A stretch of 64,000 bases of DNA. Source: Minisyncoccota bacterium. GTDB taxonomy: Bacteria > Patescibacteriota > Microgenomatia > UBA1400 > PJMF01. Within the stretch, counting starts at the first letter, position 1. Each line of letters starts with the position of its first letter. The notes under the pieces were generated by a model that had not been told where the DNA came from, made no database searches, and saw only the letters and a list, made by a program, of their open reading frames with translations. The stretch lies in NCBI GenBank assembly GCA_029881675.1, contig JAOUMD010000002.1, forward strand, positions 10,228 through 74,227. The letters are read 5' to 3'. The position numbers and the translations under genes were made by a program. Shown piece after piece: positions 48,372-60,938 of this stretch.

Positions 48372-48626
48372 CTATTCCAATTCTGGTAATTCGAAAAAAC
48401 GAACAGCTGGTGGATTGGTACTCGCATGATAACTGAGAATCCTTTGCAACATCTCTAAGCCGATTGTGAGTTCGTCTAGAATAAAAATGGTGTCACCCAA
48501 TTCCATTCCAGTGCGAGTCTCTAGCGTAATGACCTTGGTACCAAGGTCTATGTTTCTCAGTTCATCTATGCTAAGTTCAGTCAACATACCTTTTTCAAGC
48601 ATGCGTCTCCACAGTTCTTTTATCAT
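48372..48626 (-). CDS. small hypothetical protein (84 aa; MIKELWRRMLEKG...), divergent from the recombinase gene
   Basis: RBS GGGAGGTG before ATG at 48626 (ORF-track 48740 start looks like an over-extension); weak Sm/Hfq-like beta-strand pattern, unverified. Confidence 0.35.
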   Translation of the reverse strand: MIKELWRRMLEKGMLTELSIDELRNIDLGTKVITLETRTGMELGDTIFILDELTIGLEMLQRILSYHASTNPPAVRFFELPELE

Positions 48627-48871
48627 GACACCTCCCAGTATCAGATATCTTATCGATGCGTGAATTATATCATTATAAAGAGCAAAAGGCCTATTTAACG
48701 AATAAATATATGTTTTGTATATTTTTCTTTTTGAAACCACTTTTGTAAAAGTCTTGGTAACTCGAGTAAATAGTCACTATGTAATTGTTAGCGTAACCTG
48801 GAAGGCTGTGCCAAGGACCTGTAGCATTTTTGGATTTGTGAACTCCCCTCTTATGGTGATAGGGTAGATAC

Positions 48872-49810
48872 ATGAGTATCTCTACTCTTCCCCAACCCGC
48901 TTTAATTACATTTCTTGAACATTTAGAAGTTGAAAGAAATGTAAGTCCTTTAACTATTCGTAACTATAGTCACTATCTACGAAGGTTTTTAGACTGGTTT
49001 AATGATGAAGGTCATAAAGATTTAAAGCAATTAGACCAAGATGTTTTGAGACAATATAGAGTATATTTGGCACGGATAGAAGACCCTAATGGGCAAACAT
49101 TAGCCAAGAGCACACAGAGTTATCATATAATTGCTTTACGTTCTTTTCTTAAATACCTGGTAAAGAATGATGCCCCGGTATTACATCCAGAGAAGATAGA
49201 TTTGCCAAAAGCTGACGCAAAGCATATGAAGTATCTAAACGGCCAAGATCATGTAGAAAAGTTTCTAGCTCAACCTGATCTGAGTAGTAAGACAGGTTTA
49301 AGAGATAAGGCAATGTTGGAGGTTCTTTTTTCTACAGGATTACGTGTTAGTGAGCTTGTTTCTCTTAGTAGAGATCAGCTAAATATAGAATCTAGAGAGT
49401 TTGGAGTGATTGGAAAAGGTAGAAGACCAAGAGTTGTTTTTCTTTCTGATAGAGCTGCTACATGGTTAACCCAGTGGCTTAATTCCAGAGAAGATAATTG
49501 GCGTCCAGTCTTTATTCGTCTAGCTAAATCTAAGCCTGATTTACTAGCTGATGGTGAAGAAATGAGGCTAACTACCAGGAGTGTACAACGAGTTGTTGAC
49601 AAATATGCCAGACAAGCTAGACTACCTATCAAGATTAGTCCACATGGTTTAAGGCATACTTTTGCTACAGATCTACTTTCAAATGGTGCAGGACTAAGAG
49701 ATGTACAGGAGATGTTAGGGCATAAGAACATTGCTACTACACAGATCTATACACACGTTACACAGCCTAAGTTAAAGAAAACACACGGCGAATTTCATTC
49801 AAAACTATAA
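48872..49810 (+). CDS. tyrosine recombinase/integrase (XerC/XerD family)
   Basis: N-terminal SAM-like core-binding domain; catalytic R...HGLRHTFAT...LGH..I.TTQIYTHV with Tyr nucleophile. Confidence 0.85.
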   Translation: MSISTLPQPALITFLEHLEVERNVSPLTIRNYSHYLRRFLDWFNDEGHKDLKQLDQDVLRQYRVYLARIEDPNGQTLAKSTQSYHIIALRSFLKYLVKNDAPVLHPEKIDLPKADAKHMKYLNGQDHVEKFLAQPDLSSKTGLRDKAMLEVLFSTGLRVSELVSLSRDQLNIESREFGVIGKGRRPRVVFLSDRAATWLTQWLNSREDNWRPVFIRLAKSKPDLLADGEEMRLTTRSVQRVVDKYARQARLPIKISPHGLRHTFATDLLSNGAGLRDVQEMLGHKNIATTQIYTHVTQPKLKKTHGEFHSKL

Positions 49811-50156
49811 AAAAATAGCTAGATACACCTAAAAGTGTTATGAGTCATTAGCAGATAAGGCAAATCTTTGCTAAGAGGTCGGCTCACATATCAAAAGTTG
49901 CTGAATCAACCTTTTTCACCCCTCCCCTCCCCTTTCCTCTCAAATATTACAGATATTTAGAGTGTGTCTAAATGTTATTAAATATTAATTAAGTATGTAA
50001 ACAATATCTATTAAATACTATTTATATATAACTATATCAAAATAATAATAAAGAAAACATTTTTTATTTAAAAAATCACTGGCAGAGTGATCCAGTCGGT
50101 ATATGTTAATGGTCTCTATAAAGTGGAGTGTTTAAAATTTATTTTTTAGAAAATTG

Positions 50157-50230
50157 TGGACCCAAGGGGACTCGAACCCCTGACCTCTTGTATGCCATAC
50201 AAGCGCTCTAGCCAACTGAGCTATGGGCCC
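50157..50230 (-). tRNA. tRNA-Ala (anticodon GGC)
   Basis: Minus strand GGGCCCA-TA-GCTC-AGTTGGCTA-GAGC-G-CTTGT-ATGGCAT-ACAAG-AGGTC-AGGGG-TTCGAGT-CCCCT-TGGGTCC-A; G3:U70 Ala identity pair. Confidence 0.85.
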
Positions 50231-50304
50231 GTTTTAGGTATCTAAGGTATTTTACCTAATCTTAATTGTATTGTTAAACAAAGACCTGTTTTAGAGACTC
50301 CTAA

Positions 50305-53031
50305 TTACTTAGAAGCCTCTTCGCTAGGTGGTTCTTCCATGGTTAATGCAACTGCACCAATCTTATTTGTTTTACCAATTCTCATTAGGATAACACCTTG
50401 AGTAGCTCTACCAAGAACAGGGATAGATTTCTTGCTAATAGGTAGCTTGATTGTTTGTCCACCTTGGGTAGAAATAACTACTTCATTATTTTCATGAGTT
50501 ACCATTCTAGCTGCGGCAATCATTCCAGTCTTATTGTTAACAACAGATACTTTAACACCCATTCCAGATCTCTTTTGGAGTGGATAGCTAGAGAGTTTAG
50601 TTCTCTTACCTAGTCCATTCTCTGTGATAACAAGAAGTTGGTGGAATTCTTTCTTTGCTTTATTATCTTCTTCATATTCTATTGGGAATGATTCAAAACC
50701 GACGACATAATCATCTTTACCTAGCGTAATTCCTTTTACACCCTTAGTATCTCTTTGTGATGACTTGACTTCTTTCTCTGAGAATTTAATGCTTTTACCT
50801 TTATGGGTAATGAGCATGATATAGTTCTCACCTTCTGTAAGGCGTCCAGATACAAGCTCATCTTCTTTCTTGAGGGCAATAGCCACAATACCATTTTGTC
50901 TAATATTGTCATATAGCTTGAGTGCTGATTTTTTGATTAAACCTTTAGTTGTAGTGAGGAGAACAAATTTCTCTTTATCAGCTTCTTCATCAACTCTTAG
51001 TACTGTTTGGACTCTTTCGTCTGGTTTTAGATTAAGGAGGTTAACAATTGCAGTACCTTTTGCTTGTCGTTTAACTTCTGGAATTTCAAAAGCTTTAAGC
51101 TTGTAAACACGACCTTTATTGGTAAAAAAGAATAAGGTGTCATGAGTGGTTGCAGAGATCATGCTTTTAACTAGATCTTCATCCTTCATCTTGACTCCAA
51201 CGCTACCTTTTCCACCACGAGATTGTGATCTGAAAGATAATGGGCTGAGACGTTTTATATAGCCTGTCTCTGTGAGCATGATAACTGTAGATTCATTAGC
51301 GACTAAATCTTCTTCACTAAATTCTCCGACTTTACCTTTAACTAACTTAGTTCTTCTTTCATCCCCATAAAGAGAAATTAATTCCTCGGTGTCATTAATG
51401 ATCTGCTTGAGAATATCACCAGGTTTTGAAAGTAGTTTGAGCAATCTAGTAATTGTTTTCTTGATTTGTTCATACTCATCTTCAATTTTCTGTCTTTCTA
51501 ATGCAGCCAGTCTCTTAAGTTGCATTTCAAGAATTGCTGTAGCTTGGATTTCGGAGAGTTTGAAGGTATCCATCAATCTTTTTCTAGCAGTATCTGTGTC
51601 TGGAGATTTTTTAATGATTTCAACTACATCATCAAGATGTCCAAGGGCAATTAATAATCCTTCAAGGATGTGAGCTCTATCTCTAGCTTCAGCTAGCTCA
51701 TATTGTGAGCGTCTGACTGTAACAAGTTGTCTATGGACGATATATTCTTTGAGGATTTGCTTTATATTTAGTAGCTGTGGAACTCCTTCAGAGTTTAGAG
51801 CCACTACATTCATTGAGAATGTATTTTGTAATTGGGTGTACTTAAAGAGTTTATTTAAGACAACTTTTGGTCTGGCATCACGCTTAAGGTCAATAGTGAT
51901 CTGCATACCAGTACGGTCAGAATCATCATTAAGGTCGCGAATACCAACGATCTTTTTGTCTCTAACTAAATCTGCTATTTTTTCAATTAAACGAGCTTTA
52001 TTGACCTGGTATGGTAGCTCTGTGACAACAATCTTAAATCCTTTTTTATCTTCTTCGATTGTAGCTTTTGCTCTAACAACAACTTTACCTTTACCAGTTT
52101 CATAACCTCTTTTTATTTCAGCAAAGTCATACATGATACCTGCTGTAGGAAAATCTGGTCCTTTGATAGATTCCATGATTTCATCAATTGTAATATCAGA
52201 AACAAAATTTCCAGCTAATTGTTTTGGCTCTGCCTCAAGGATTGGAGCAATTCTTTCTGAAATAGGAGTTTTGTCGTCTTTGTTATTTGCAGCTAATAAG
52301 TCTTTTTTAAGCTGCTCATTTTCTTCAACTTTTGAACTACCCTTATTGATTGTTTCAACTATAGCTGTACAAACTTCAGTTAAGTTATGTGGTGGAATTT
52401 TTGTAGCCATTCCAACCGCAATACCTTCAGATCCCATTAGGAGTAAGTTAGGTAACTTACCAGGAAGAACTGTCGGTTCTTGCATAGAACCATCAAAGTT
52501 ATCTGCAAAGTCTACTGTATCTTTATTAAGATCACTTAAGAGTTCAGCAGTAATTTTTTCTAGTCTTGCCTCGGTATACCTCATCGCCGCTGGGCTATCA
52601 CCATCAACAGAACCAAAGTTACCTTGGCCATCTACTAGCTGATATCTCATACTAAAGTCTTGAGCTAAACGAACCATCGCCATATAAACTGATGAGTCAC
52701 CATGTGGATGGTATCTACCCAAAACATCACCAACAATACGAGCAGATTTCTTGTATGAACTTGTATGATGTATACCAGCTTTATACATTGAGAAAAGAAT
52801 TCTTCTATGAACAGGTTTTAATCCATCACGCACATCAGGAAGTGCACGGGAAACAATGACACTCATTGCATAATCAAGATAGGACTTTTCCATTTCTTGA
52901 ACGATTGAAGTATGGCTTATTTTCCCAAATCTACTTTCGGTGATAGTACCAACTAAGGATTCAGTATCTGCCTGAGTGACTTCTTCAACTCCTTCTTGAT
53001 TTTCTGCTGGTGTTTTTGTTTCTTCTGTCAT
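50305..53031 (-). CDS. gyrA: DNA gyrase subunit A
   Basis: Active-site region ...AMRYTEARL..., QRDR-like region, C-terminal beta-pinwheel repeats; 908 aa. Confidence 0.95.
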   Translation of the reverse strand: MTEETKTPAENQEGVEEVTQADTESLVGTITESRFGKISHTSIVQEMEKSYLDYAMSVIVSRALPDVRDGLKPVHRRILFSMYKAGIHHTSSYKKSARIVGDVLGRYHPHGDSSVYMAMVRLAQDFSMRYQLVDGQGNFGSVDGDSPAAMRYTEARLEKITAELLSDLNKDTVDFADNFDGSMQEPTVLPGKLPNLLLMGSEGIAVGMATKIPPHNLTEVCTAIVETINKGSSKVEENEQLKKDLLAANNKDDKTPISERIAPILEAEPKQLAGNFVSDITIDEIMESIKGPDFPTAGIMYDFAEIKRGYETGKGKVVVRAKATIEEDKKGFKIVVTELPYQVNKARLIEKIADLVRDKKIVGIRDLNDDSDRTGMQITIDLKRDARPKVVLNKLFKYTQLQNTFSMNVVALNSEGVPQLLNIKQILKEYIVHRQLVTVRRSQYELAEARDRAHILEGLLIALGHLDDVVEIIKKSPDTDTARKRLMDTFKLSEIQATAILEMQLKRLAALERQKIEDEYEQIKKTITRLLKLLSKPGDILKQIINDTEELISLYGDERRTKLVKGKVGEFSEEDLVANESTVIMLTETGYIKRLSPLSFRSQSRGGKGSVGVKMKDEDLVKSMISATTHDTLFFFTNKGRVYKLKAFEIPEVKRQAKGTAIVNLLNLKPDERVQTVLRVDEEADKEKFVLLTTTKGLIKKSALKLYDNIRQNGIVAIALKKEDELVSGRLTEGENYIMLITHKGKSIKFSEKEVKSSQRDTKGVKGITLGKDDYVVGFESFPIEYEEDNKAKKEFHQLLVITENGLGKRTKLSSYPLQKRSGMGVKVSVVNNKTGMIAAARMVTHENNEVVISTQGGQTIKLPISKKSIPVLGRATQGVILMRIGKTNKIGAVALTMEEPPSEEASK

Positions 53032-53052
53032 ACTTTTTTAATCCTTTTTTGT

Positions 53053-54006
53053 TTAAGTTAGGGCCTTTTCAATAGCTGGTGCTATCTCTTTTTTACGGCT
53101 CATTTTTGGTCCAATATCTAAAGTGTTATTTTCAACAGTTCCACCAAATGCTTTACTAGCAATAGCTTCACTTTCATCACCAAGGATGAGGAGTTTGGTA
53201 TTTATCTTGAGGATGTCAGTGATAGCAACAAAGATATGGTCAACACCTTGGTCTATTTTGACGGTTTCCATAGCCTTTAAGAGTCCATCTTTTTTATCTG
53301 AAAGGATAACGTCTTGTTCGACTGTTTCAAGTTGGTCAATTAAGACCTTCTTTCCTCCAAAGTCAAATATTTTATAGTCATTTGTAACAATTTGCTCATT
53401 AGACAGTTTTGAAACATCTGATTTTGCTTTAAATATTTCTAAGGTAAAAGATTCTATATCTGTAATTTCAGCTATTTGGGATAATTCTTTCCCAAATTGT
53501 TCATCTTTCATGGTTGTAGTAGCTGATTTAAAACCAACTGTGTCAGAAAGAATTGCAGCTAACATTAAAGAAGCAATCTTTTTATCTGGAGTTACACCTT
53601 TCATCTTCATCATGTGATAGATGACTGTACTAGTAGATCCCCATGGTCTAAAAATTAAACAAACCGGTTGGTTAAGGTTAATATTTGCTTTATGGTGGTC
53701 AACAATACTAACAATTTGATCTTGATTCATTCCTTCTAGTCTCTGAGACTCTTCATTATGGTCAACTAAGATAATTTGATCATCTTCTTTGATATCATTC
53801 GCAGTGATTATCTGAGGTGTCTCAATACCAAATTTATTAAAGAGGAAAGTAGTCTCTGGGTTTAGTGCCCCAACAATAACTGCTTTGGAGTTTTCATGAG
53901 CAGGGTTCTTTTCTGATGCATTATTATTATGTAAATACTCTAAAGCCATGGCAGAAACGACAGCATCTGTATCTGGTTTTAAGTGACCGAAAATGTATGT
54001 ATTCAT
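53053..54006 (-). CDS. DHH/DHHA1 phosphoesterase (NrnA-like)
   Basis: DHH motifs (HLKPDTDAV; IVSIVDHHKAN), DHHA1 C-terminal GGH-type region. Confidence 0.8.
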   Translation of the reverse strand: MNTYIFGHLKPDTDAVVSAMALEYLHNNNASEKNPAHENSKAVIVGALNPETTFLFNKFGIETPQIITANDIKEDDQIILVDHNEESQRLEGMNQDQIVSIVDHHKANINLNQPVCLIFRPWGSTSTVIYHMMKMKGVTPDKKIASLMLAAILSDTVGFKSATTTMKDEQFGKELSQIAEITDIESFTLEIFKAKSDVSKLSNEQIVTNDYKIFDFGGKKVLIDQLETVEQDVILSDKKDGLLKAMETVKIDQGVDHIFVAITDILKINTKLLILGDESEAIASKAFGGTVENNTLDIGPKMSRKKEIAPAIEKALT

Positions 54007-54033
54007 AATATTCCTTCCTACCCTTTTGTGGGT

Positions 54034-56058
<2,025 letters not shown>

Positions 56059-56120
56059 TTATACCACATAGCTATACTCTTTTCCAAGCTTGACTTTCTC
56101 CATAAAGGCTTTCTATGGTG

Positions 56121-56822
56121 TCAAAATCGGCTTTTTATAGCAAAGAAGTGGTTCTCTAGGGTTAGTAATACGTTTGAATTTTGCTTTAATTGAGACAGGC
56201 AAATTGAAAGATCGGTCAATCCATTAGTGATTTGAATAGAAGGATTTTCTTGATTTTTCTCATGAAGAAATTTTATTAAGGCGTTAATTAAATCAGTGGC
56301 TTCTCCCCGATCTTTGTACTGTCCACTGACTTCTATGATATCTGCAAATGAACCGGTGGATATTACTTTCCAGACATTGTTAAGCTTTGCTGTAACTTCA
56401 GAATCTTCACCAAATTCTTTATTTTTGTTCTCATCACATTTTTTAATAACACAACGAGACTTAATTGTTTCTAAAACTCCGTTTAGAGTATTACATTGGA
56501 GGACAAATTGAACATAATCAGGATGTTCTTCCAGTGACTTAAGGAAGGCATTCTGAGCTGGAATAGTACACTTCTCAAAGTTATATAAGATAAATGTTTT
56601 TAGTTTTTCTTTACTTGGTGGGTAAATAACTTGACTATTTATTTCTCTAATTTCTTTTATTTTGATATTCTCGTTATTTTCATTGATCAAATATAAATCG
56701 GGATTATTGTCTAATTTAATGCTCAAACCTACATTGAGGGTTTGAATAATTGATTTTTGATGGGAGCAAAGTAGGAGTGTTGAGGACATGTGACTATTTT
56801 TATCTTGTTTAGTTTCATTCAA
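56121..56822 (-). CDS. holB: DNA polymerase III delta-prime-like clamp-loader subunit (N-terminally reduced)
   Basis: Sensor/box motifs PAQNAFLKSLEEHP and IKSRC conserved in delta-prime/gamma; no intact Walker A. Confidence 0.55.
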   Translation of the reverse strand: MNETKQDKNSHMSSTLLLCSHQKSIIQTLNVGLSIKLDNNPDLYLINENNENIKIKEIREINSQVIYPPSKEKLKTFILYNFEKCTIPAQNAFLKSLEEHPDYVQFVLQCNTLNGVLETIKSRCVIKKCDENKNKEFGEDSEVTAKLNNVWKVISTGSFADIIEVSGQYKDRGEATDLINALIKFLHEKNQENPSIQITNGLTDLSICLSQLKQNSNVLLTLENHFFAIKSRF

Positions 56823-56851
56823 TCTTATATCATGAGATTAGACAAATTAAT

Positions 56852-58627
56852 ATGCAACAAGCTGCCCCGCCAGTACCTGCTCCTAGCGTTGTTTCTAGTC
56901 CACAATCAGTGGCTGACGTTTTAGTGGCAAAAGGATTGATAACACAGGAACAAATTAATCAAGTCACTTTAGAACAAGCCGGAACAAGTAAAACTATCCC
57001 CCAAATAATTTTAGAAAAACAGTTAGTTTCTGAAGAAGATCTAACCCGTGCAAAATCTGAGTTAAACAATATCCCTTTTATTGATATTGCACAGACGGGA
57101 GCTTCCCCAGAGTCGCTTAGTTTAATACAAGAAAGTGTTGCCAGAAGATATCATTTAATGCCTTTCACTCATGATAAGGCTGCTGGAACAATTTCTTTAG
57201 CGATGAGTGATCCTCTCGATATGACAGCAATTGATTTTGCTAGGCAGAAGACTGGTCTCGAAATTATTCCTTTCTATGCTGTCCCCTCTGAGTTAGAGAG
57301 ATCATTGACTGAGCGCTATGCACAAAGTTTATCATCTGAGGTTAGTCAGGCTTTGGAGGAATCTACTCAAGTTAGAAAAGCAAAAACTCAAGAATCAGAT
57401 CTATCTCAACTGCAAGGTCAAACTTTAAGGCAAGCTCCAGTTACAAAAATTATTGATACAGTTCTCTCTTTTGCGATGAAGGCAGGATCTTCTGATATTC
57501 ATATTGAACCACAAGAAGCCAGAACTAGAGTTAGATATAGAATTGACGGAATTTTACAAGAGAAATTAATATTACCTAAGTCAGTTCACGATGCGGTTGT
57601 TTCTCGTGTCAAGATTTTGTCTAATTTAAAAATTGATGAAAAACGTATACCTCAGGATGGACGTTTTAATTTTGTCGCTAATAGTGAGGAAGTTGATCTT
57701 CGTGTCTCTACTCTTCCAACAGTCCATGGAGAAAAAATTGTTATGCGTTTGTTGAAGAAAAATTCAACTGTGCCTACCATGGAAGAATTGGGACTAAGGG
57801 GTATTGCTTTGCAACATCTTAAGGATGCTATTAAGGTGCCTCGTGGAATTATTTTAGTGACTGGTCCTACTGGATCTGGTAAAACAACAACTCTCTATTC
57901 AATTTTGCATCAGGTGAATAAACCTAGTGTAAATATTGTGACTCTTGAAGATCCGGTTGAGTACCAGATGATTGGAGTCAATCAGGTTCAAACTAATCCT
58001 CAAGCAGGTTTAACTTTTGCTTCTGGAATGAGATCATTTTTGAGACAAGATCCTAACATTATCATGGTTGGTGAGATTCGTGATAATGAAACTGCAGATT
58101 TGGCAATTCAAGCGTCACTGACAGGTCATTTGGTCTTCTCTACTCTTCACACAAATTCAGCTGCTGGAGCTTTACCTCGTTTGCTTGATATGAAAGCGGA
58201 ACCTTTCTTACTTGCATCTTCTATGACTTTAACCATGGGTCAGCGTATTACTAGAAAAATTAATACCGAGTTTAGAGAAGAATATAAACCAGAGCCAGCT
58301 GTACTTGAGGATATTAAAACAGTTTTAGGTGGTTATTTTGACCTTTGGTGTAAGCAAAACAAAAAAGATCCTAATAATATTACTTTATTTAGACCAAAGG
58401 CTGATCGACCTCCAACAGAACCTGAATATAAAGGTCGTGTCGGTATCTTTGAAGTGATGCCAATCTCTGAAGAAATTAGAAAACTAATTTTAGAAAGGCG
58501 TCCTGGTGGTGAATTAGAAAGACAAGCAATGTCTGAGGGAATGATGCAGATGAAGCAAGATGGCTATATAAAAGTACTAAACGGTGAGACTACAATAGAA
58601 GAAGTGCTCAGAGTAGCAGAAATTTAA
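56852..58627 (+). CDS. pilB: type IV pilus assembly ATPase PilB (GspE family)
   Basis: N-terminal MshEN-like domain, Walker A GPTGSGKTTT, Asp/His boxes, zinc-binding tetracysteine absent or partial. Confidence 0.85.
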   Translation: MQQAAPPVPAPSVVSSPQSVADVLVAKGLITQEQINQVTLEQAGTSKTIPQIILEKQLVSEEDLTRAKSELNNIPFIDIAQTGASPESLSLIQESVARRYHLMPFTHDKAAGTISLAMSDPLDMTAIDFARQKTGLEIIPFYAVPSELERSLTERYAQSLSSEVSQALEESTQVRKAKTQESDLSQLQGQTLRQAPVTKIIDTVLSFAMKAGSSDIHIEPQEARTRVRYRIDGILQEKLILPKSVHDAVVSRVKILSNLKIDEKRIPQDGRFNFVANSEEVDLRVSTLPTVHGEKIVMRLLKKNSTVPTMEELGLRGIALQHLKDAIKVPRGIILVTGPTGSGKTTTLYSILHQVNKPSVNIVTLEDPVEYQMIGVNQVQTNPQAGLTFASGMRSFLRQDPNIIMVGEIRDNETADLAIQASLTGHLVFSTLHTNSAAGALPRLLDMKAEPFLLASSMTLTMGQRITRKINTEFREEYKPEPAVLEDIKTVLGGYFDLWCKQNKKDPNNITLFRPKADRPPTEPEYKGRVGIFEVMPISEEIRKLILERRPGGELERQAMSEGMMQMKQDGYIKVLNGETTIEEVLRVAEI

Positions 58628-58632
58628 AGACT

Positions 58633-59688
58633 ATGAATATATTTGACATAATGGAGCTAATTATTAGCAAGAATGGATCTGATATCCATCTTATTACTAA
58701 GTCACCACCGATGATTCGTGTTCATGGGAATTTAGAGCCTGTTGAAGGTATTCCTGCTTTAAATGCAGAGCAGGCTAAGATGTTAATTGATCCCTTAATG
58801 ACCAAGGAACAAAAAGATTATGTCAAAGTTAATAAAGAAATTGACTTTGGTTTCCAATATAAAGATAAGGGTCGATTTAGGGTTAACGTTTATCATCAAC
58901 AGGGTGATATGGGGGCTGCATTACGTTTGATTCCTGCCGAAATTAAAACTATTGAGGATTTGCAACTTCCTGATATTTTTCATAAATTTACAAAATATAA
59001 GCAGGGATTAGTTTTAATTACTGGTCCAACTGGTGAAGGTAAATCTACTACTCTTGCAGCGATGATTGAAGAAGTTAACTCAACTCGTGGTGAGCATATT
59101 TTAACTATTGAAGATCCTGTTGAGTTTATTTATCAACCTAAGCAAAGTATTATTTCTCAAAGAGAGATTAATAAAGATACTCACTCATGGGCAGTTGCTT
59201 TGAGATCAGCGTTGAGAGAAGATCCTGATGTAGTACTTGTCGGTGAGATGAGAGATTATGAAACAATCTCAGCAGCACTGACTGTGGCTGAGACTGGTCA
59301 TTTAGTCTTTGGAACTCTTCATACATCTTCTGCTGCTCAAACTATTGATAGAATTATTGATGTTTTCCCTGCAAGTCAACAAAATCAAATCAGGCAACAA
59401 TTAGCTTCATCTTTACAGGCCGTTATTTCTCAGAGGTTAGTTCCTGTTGTTAATGGTGGCAGAATGGCTGCTGTAGAAATTATGACTGCAATTCCAGCTA
59501 TTAGAAATTTGATTAGAGAAGAAAAGATTTTCCAAATAGATAATATTATTCAAACATCAGGAGAACATGGGATGATGCTGATGGAGTCTAGTTTGATGGG
59601 AATGGTTCAAAGAGGCGCTATCTCAAAAGAAGTAGCTGTCGCCTATTCATTTAGACCACAAGAAATGAAACGTTTATTAGGAATGTAG
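58633..59688 (+). CDS. pilT: type IV pilus retraction ATPase PilT
   Basis: GPTGEGKSTTL Walker A, PilT AIRNLIRE motif. Confidence 0.85.
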   Translation: MNIFDIMELIISKNGSDIHLITKSPPMIRVHGNLEPVEGIPALNAEQAKMLIDPLMTKEQKDYVKVNKEIDFGFQYKDKGRFRVNVYHQQGDMGAALRLIPAEIKTIEDLQLPDIFHKFTKYKQGLVLITGPTGEGKSTTLAAMIEEVNSTRGEHILTIEDPVEFIYQPKQSIISQREINKDTHSWAVALRSALREDPDVVLVGEMRDYETISAALTVAETGHLVFGTLHTSSAAQTIDRIIDVFPASQQNQIRQQLASSLQAVISQRLVPVVNGGRMAAVEIMTAIPAIRNLIREEKIFQIDNIIQTSGEHGMMLMESSLMGMVQRGAISKEVAVAYSFRPQEMKRLLGM

Positions 59689-59698
59689 ATATAAATAA

Positions 59699-60901
59699 AT
59701 GCCTTTTTATAAGTATACCGCCAAGAATGAACATGCTGAGACAGTCAAAGGAAAGGTTGAAGCCCAGAATAAGTCTCAAGCAGTTCAAGTTTTAAAGAGC
59801 CGTGATTTATTTGTGGTCAATTTATTATTGGAAGGAGAAGGCTCTTTTACAGTTTTAAGCTCATTGGTCTCTGGAGTAAAGTATGATGACATTGTCAACT
59901 TTACTAGACAGCTTTCTACCATGATCACTGCTGGTTTACCTTTGACTGAAGCTCTTTCAATTTTAGAACAGCAAGGAAAGCCAGCTGTTGTAAAAGTAAT
60001 TAGTGAATTACTTAAAGAGATTGAAGGTGGTTCTACCTTTGCCAAAGCATTAGAAAAATTTCCTAAACATTTTACAAAAGTTTATACACAACTTGTTAGA
60101 GCTGGTGAGACAGCCGGTGTTTTGGATGAAGTTTTACAACGTCTAGCTGAGAATATGGAGAAAGATAAAGAGTTTAAAGCAAAAACAAAAGGTGCTCTTA
60201 TTTATCCAGCAATTGTGATGCTTGCTATGATGATTGTCGGTACCATTATGATGGTTGTTGTTGTTCCAAAACTGACAGATATGTATAAAGATTTTGGAGC
60301 TGAGTTACCTGGTCCTACCCAATTCTTGATTGATTTATCTGGTTTTGTTAAGAAAACTTGGTATCTGCAAATTGTTTTTGGTGTGGCAGGATTCTTTGGA
60401 ATGAAACAATGGACTAAAACAAGGCAAGGGGCTATTCAAGTTTCCACCCTAAAGTTTAAGATCCCTATTTATGGAAAGCTGACAAAAAAGGTTATCTTAA
60501 CTGAGATGACAAGGACAATGTCATTGTTATTATCAGCAGGTATTTCTTTACTTCAAGTTTTAGAAATTGTGACAGAAGCATCCTCTTCTGCCCTCTATCA
60601 GGAAGAATTAAAACTAGCCGCAAAGAAAGTAGAAAAGGGTGTCTCCTTTGCACAAACTTTAACAAACCAGGAACTTTTTCCAATCATCTTATCTCAAATG
60701 GCATCTGTTGGTGAAGAGACAGGAAAATTAGATGAAGTATTACTGAAGATTTCATCTTATTTTCAATCAGAAAGTGAGCATGAAATTAAGAATCTAACAA
60801 CAGCTTTAGAACCGTTTATTATGATTATCTTAGCAATTGGAGTTGGTTTTATGACTATTGCGATTATTATGCCAATCTACAGTTTGACTAGTCAGTTCTA
60901 G
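59699..60901 (+). CDS. pilC: type IV pilus platform protein PilC (GspF family)
   Basis: Two GspF repeats, 3-4 TM. Confidence 0.85.
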   Translation: MPFYKYTAKNEHAETVKGKVEAQNKSQAVQVLKSRDLFVVNLLLEGEGSFTVLSSLVSGVKYDDIVNFTRQLSTMITAGLPLTEALSILEQQGKPAVVKVISELLKEIEGGSTFAKALEKFPKHFTKVYTQLVRAGETAGVLDEVLQRLAENMEKDKEFKAKTKGALIYPAIVMLAMMIVGTIMMVVVVPKLTDMYKDFGAELPGPTQFLIDLSGFVKKTWYLQIVFGVAGFFGMKQWTKTRQGAIQVSTLKFKIPIYGKLTKKVILTEMTRTMSLLLSAGISLLQVLEIVTEASSSALYQEELKLAAKKVEKGVSFAQTLTNQELFPIILSQMASVGEETGKLDEVLLKISSYFQSESEHEIKNLTTALEPFIMIILAIGVGFMTIAIIMPIYSLTSQF

Positions 60902-60938
60902 CAAGTGTATTATTAATCATATATACTTTTATTGAATT

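Noticed and set aside
50870-52642. Plus-strand ORFs inside gyrA (50870..51106, 51389..51673, 51749..52105, 52133..52642) and similar antisense ORFs inside other genes
   Set aside because: They lie antisense to strongly conserved genes (gyrA, gyrB, pilC, hisS, pepP, dnaB, tmk, recR, and others) and have low-complexity Ser/Leu-rich translations typical of the reverse strand of AT-rich coding DNA. They are spurious.
56823-56851. Only 29 bp between the divergent holB and pilB start codons
   Set aside because: This is too short for two promoters. Probably one of the two starts is mis-called (holB may start at the internal Met 11 codons downstream). It is not treated as a feature.
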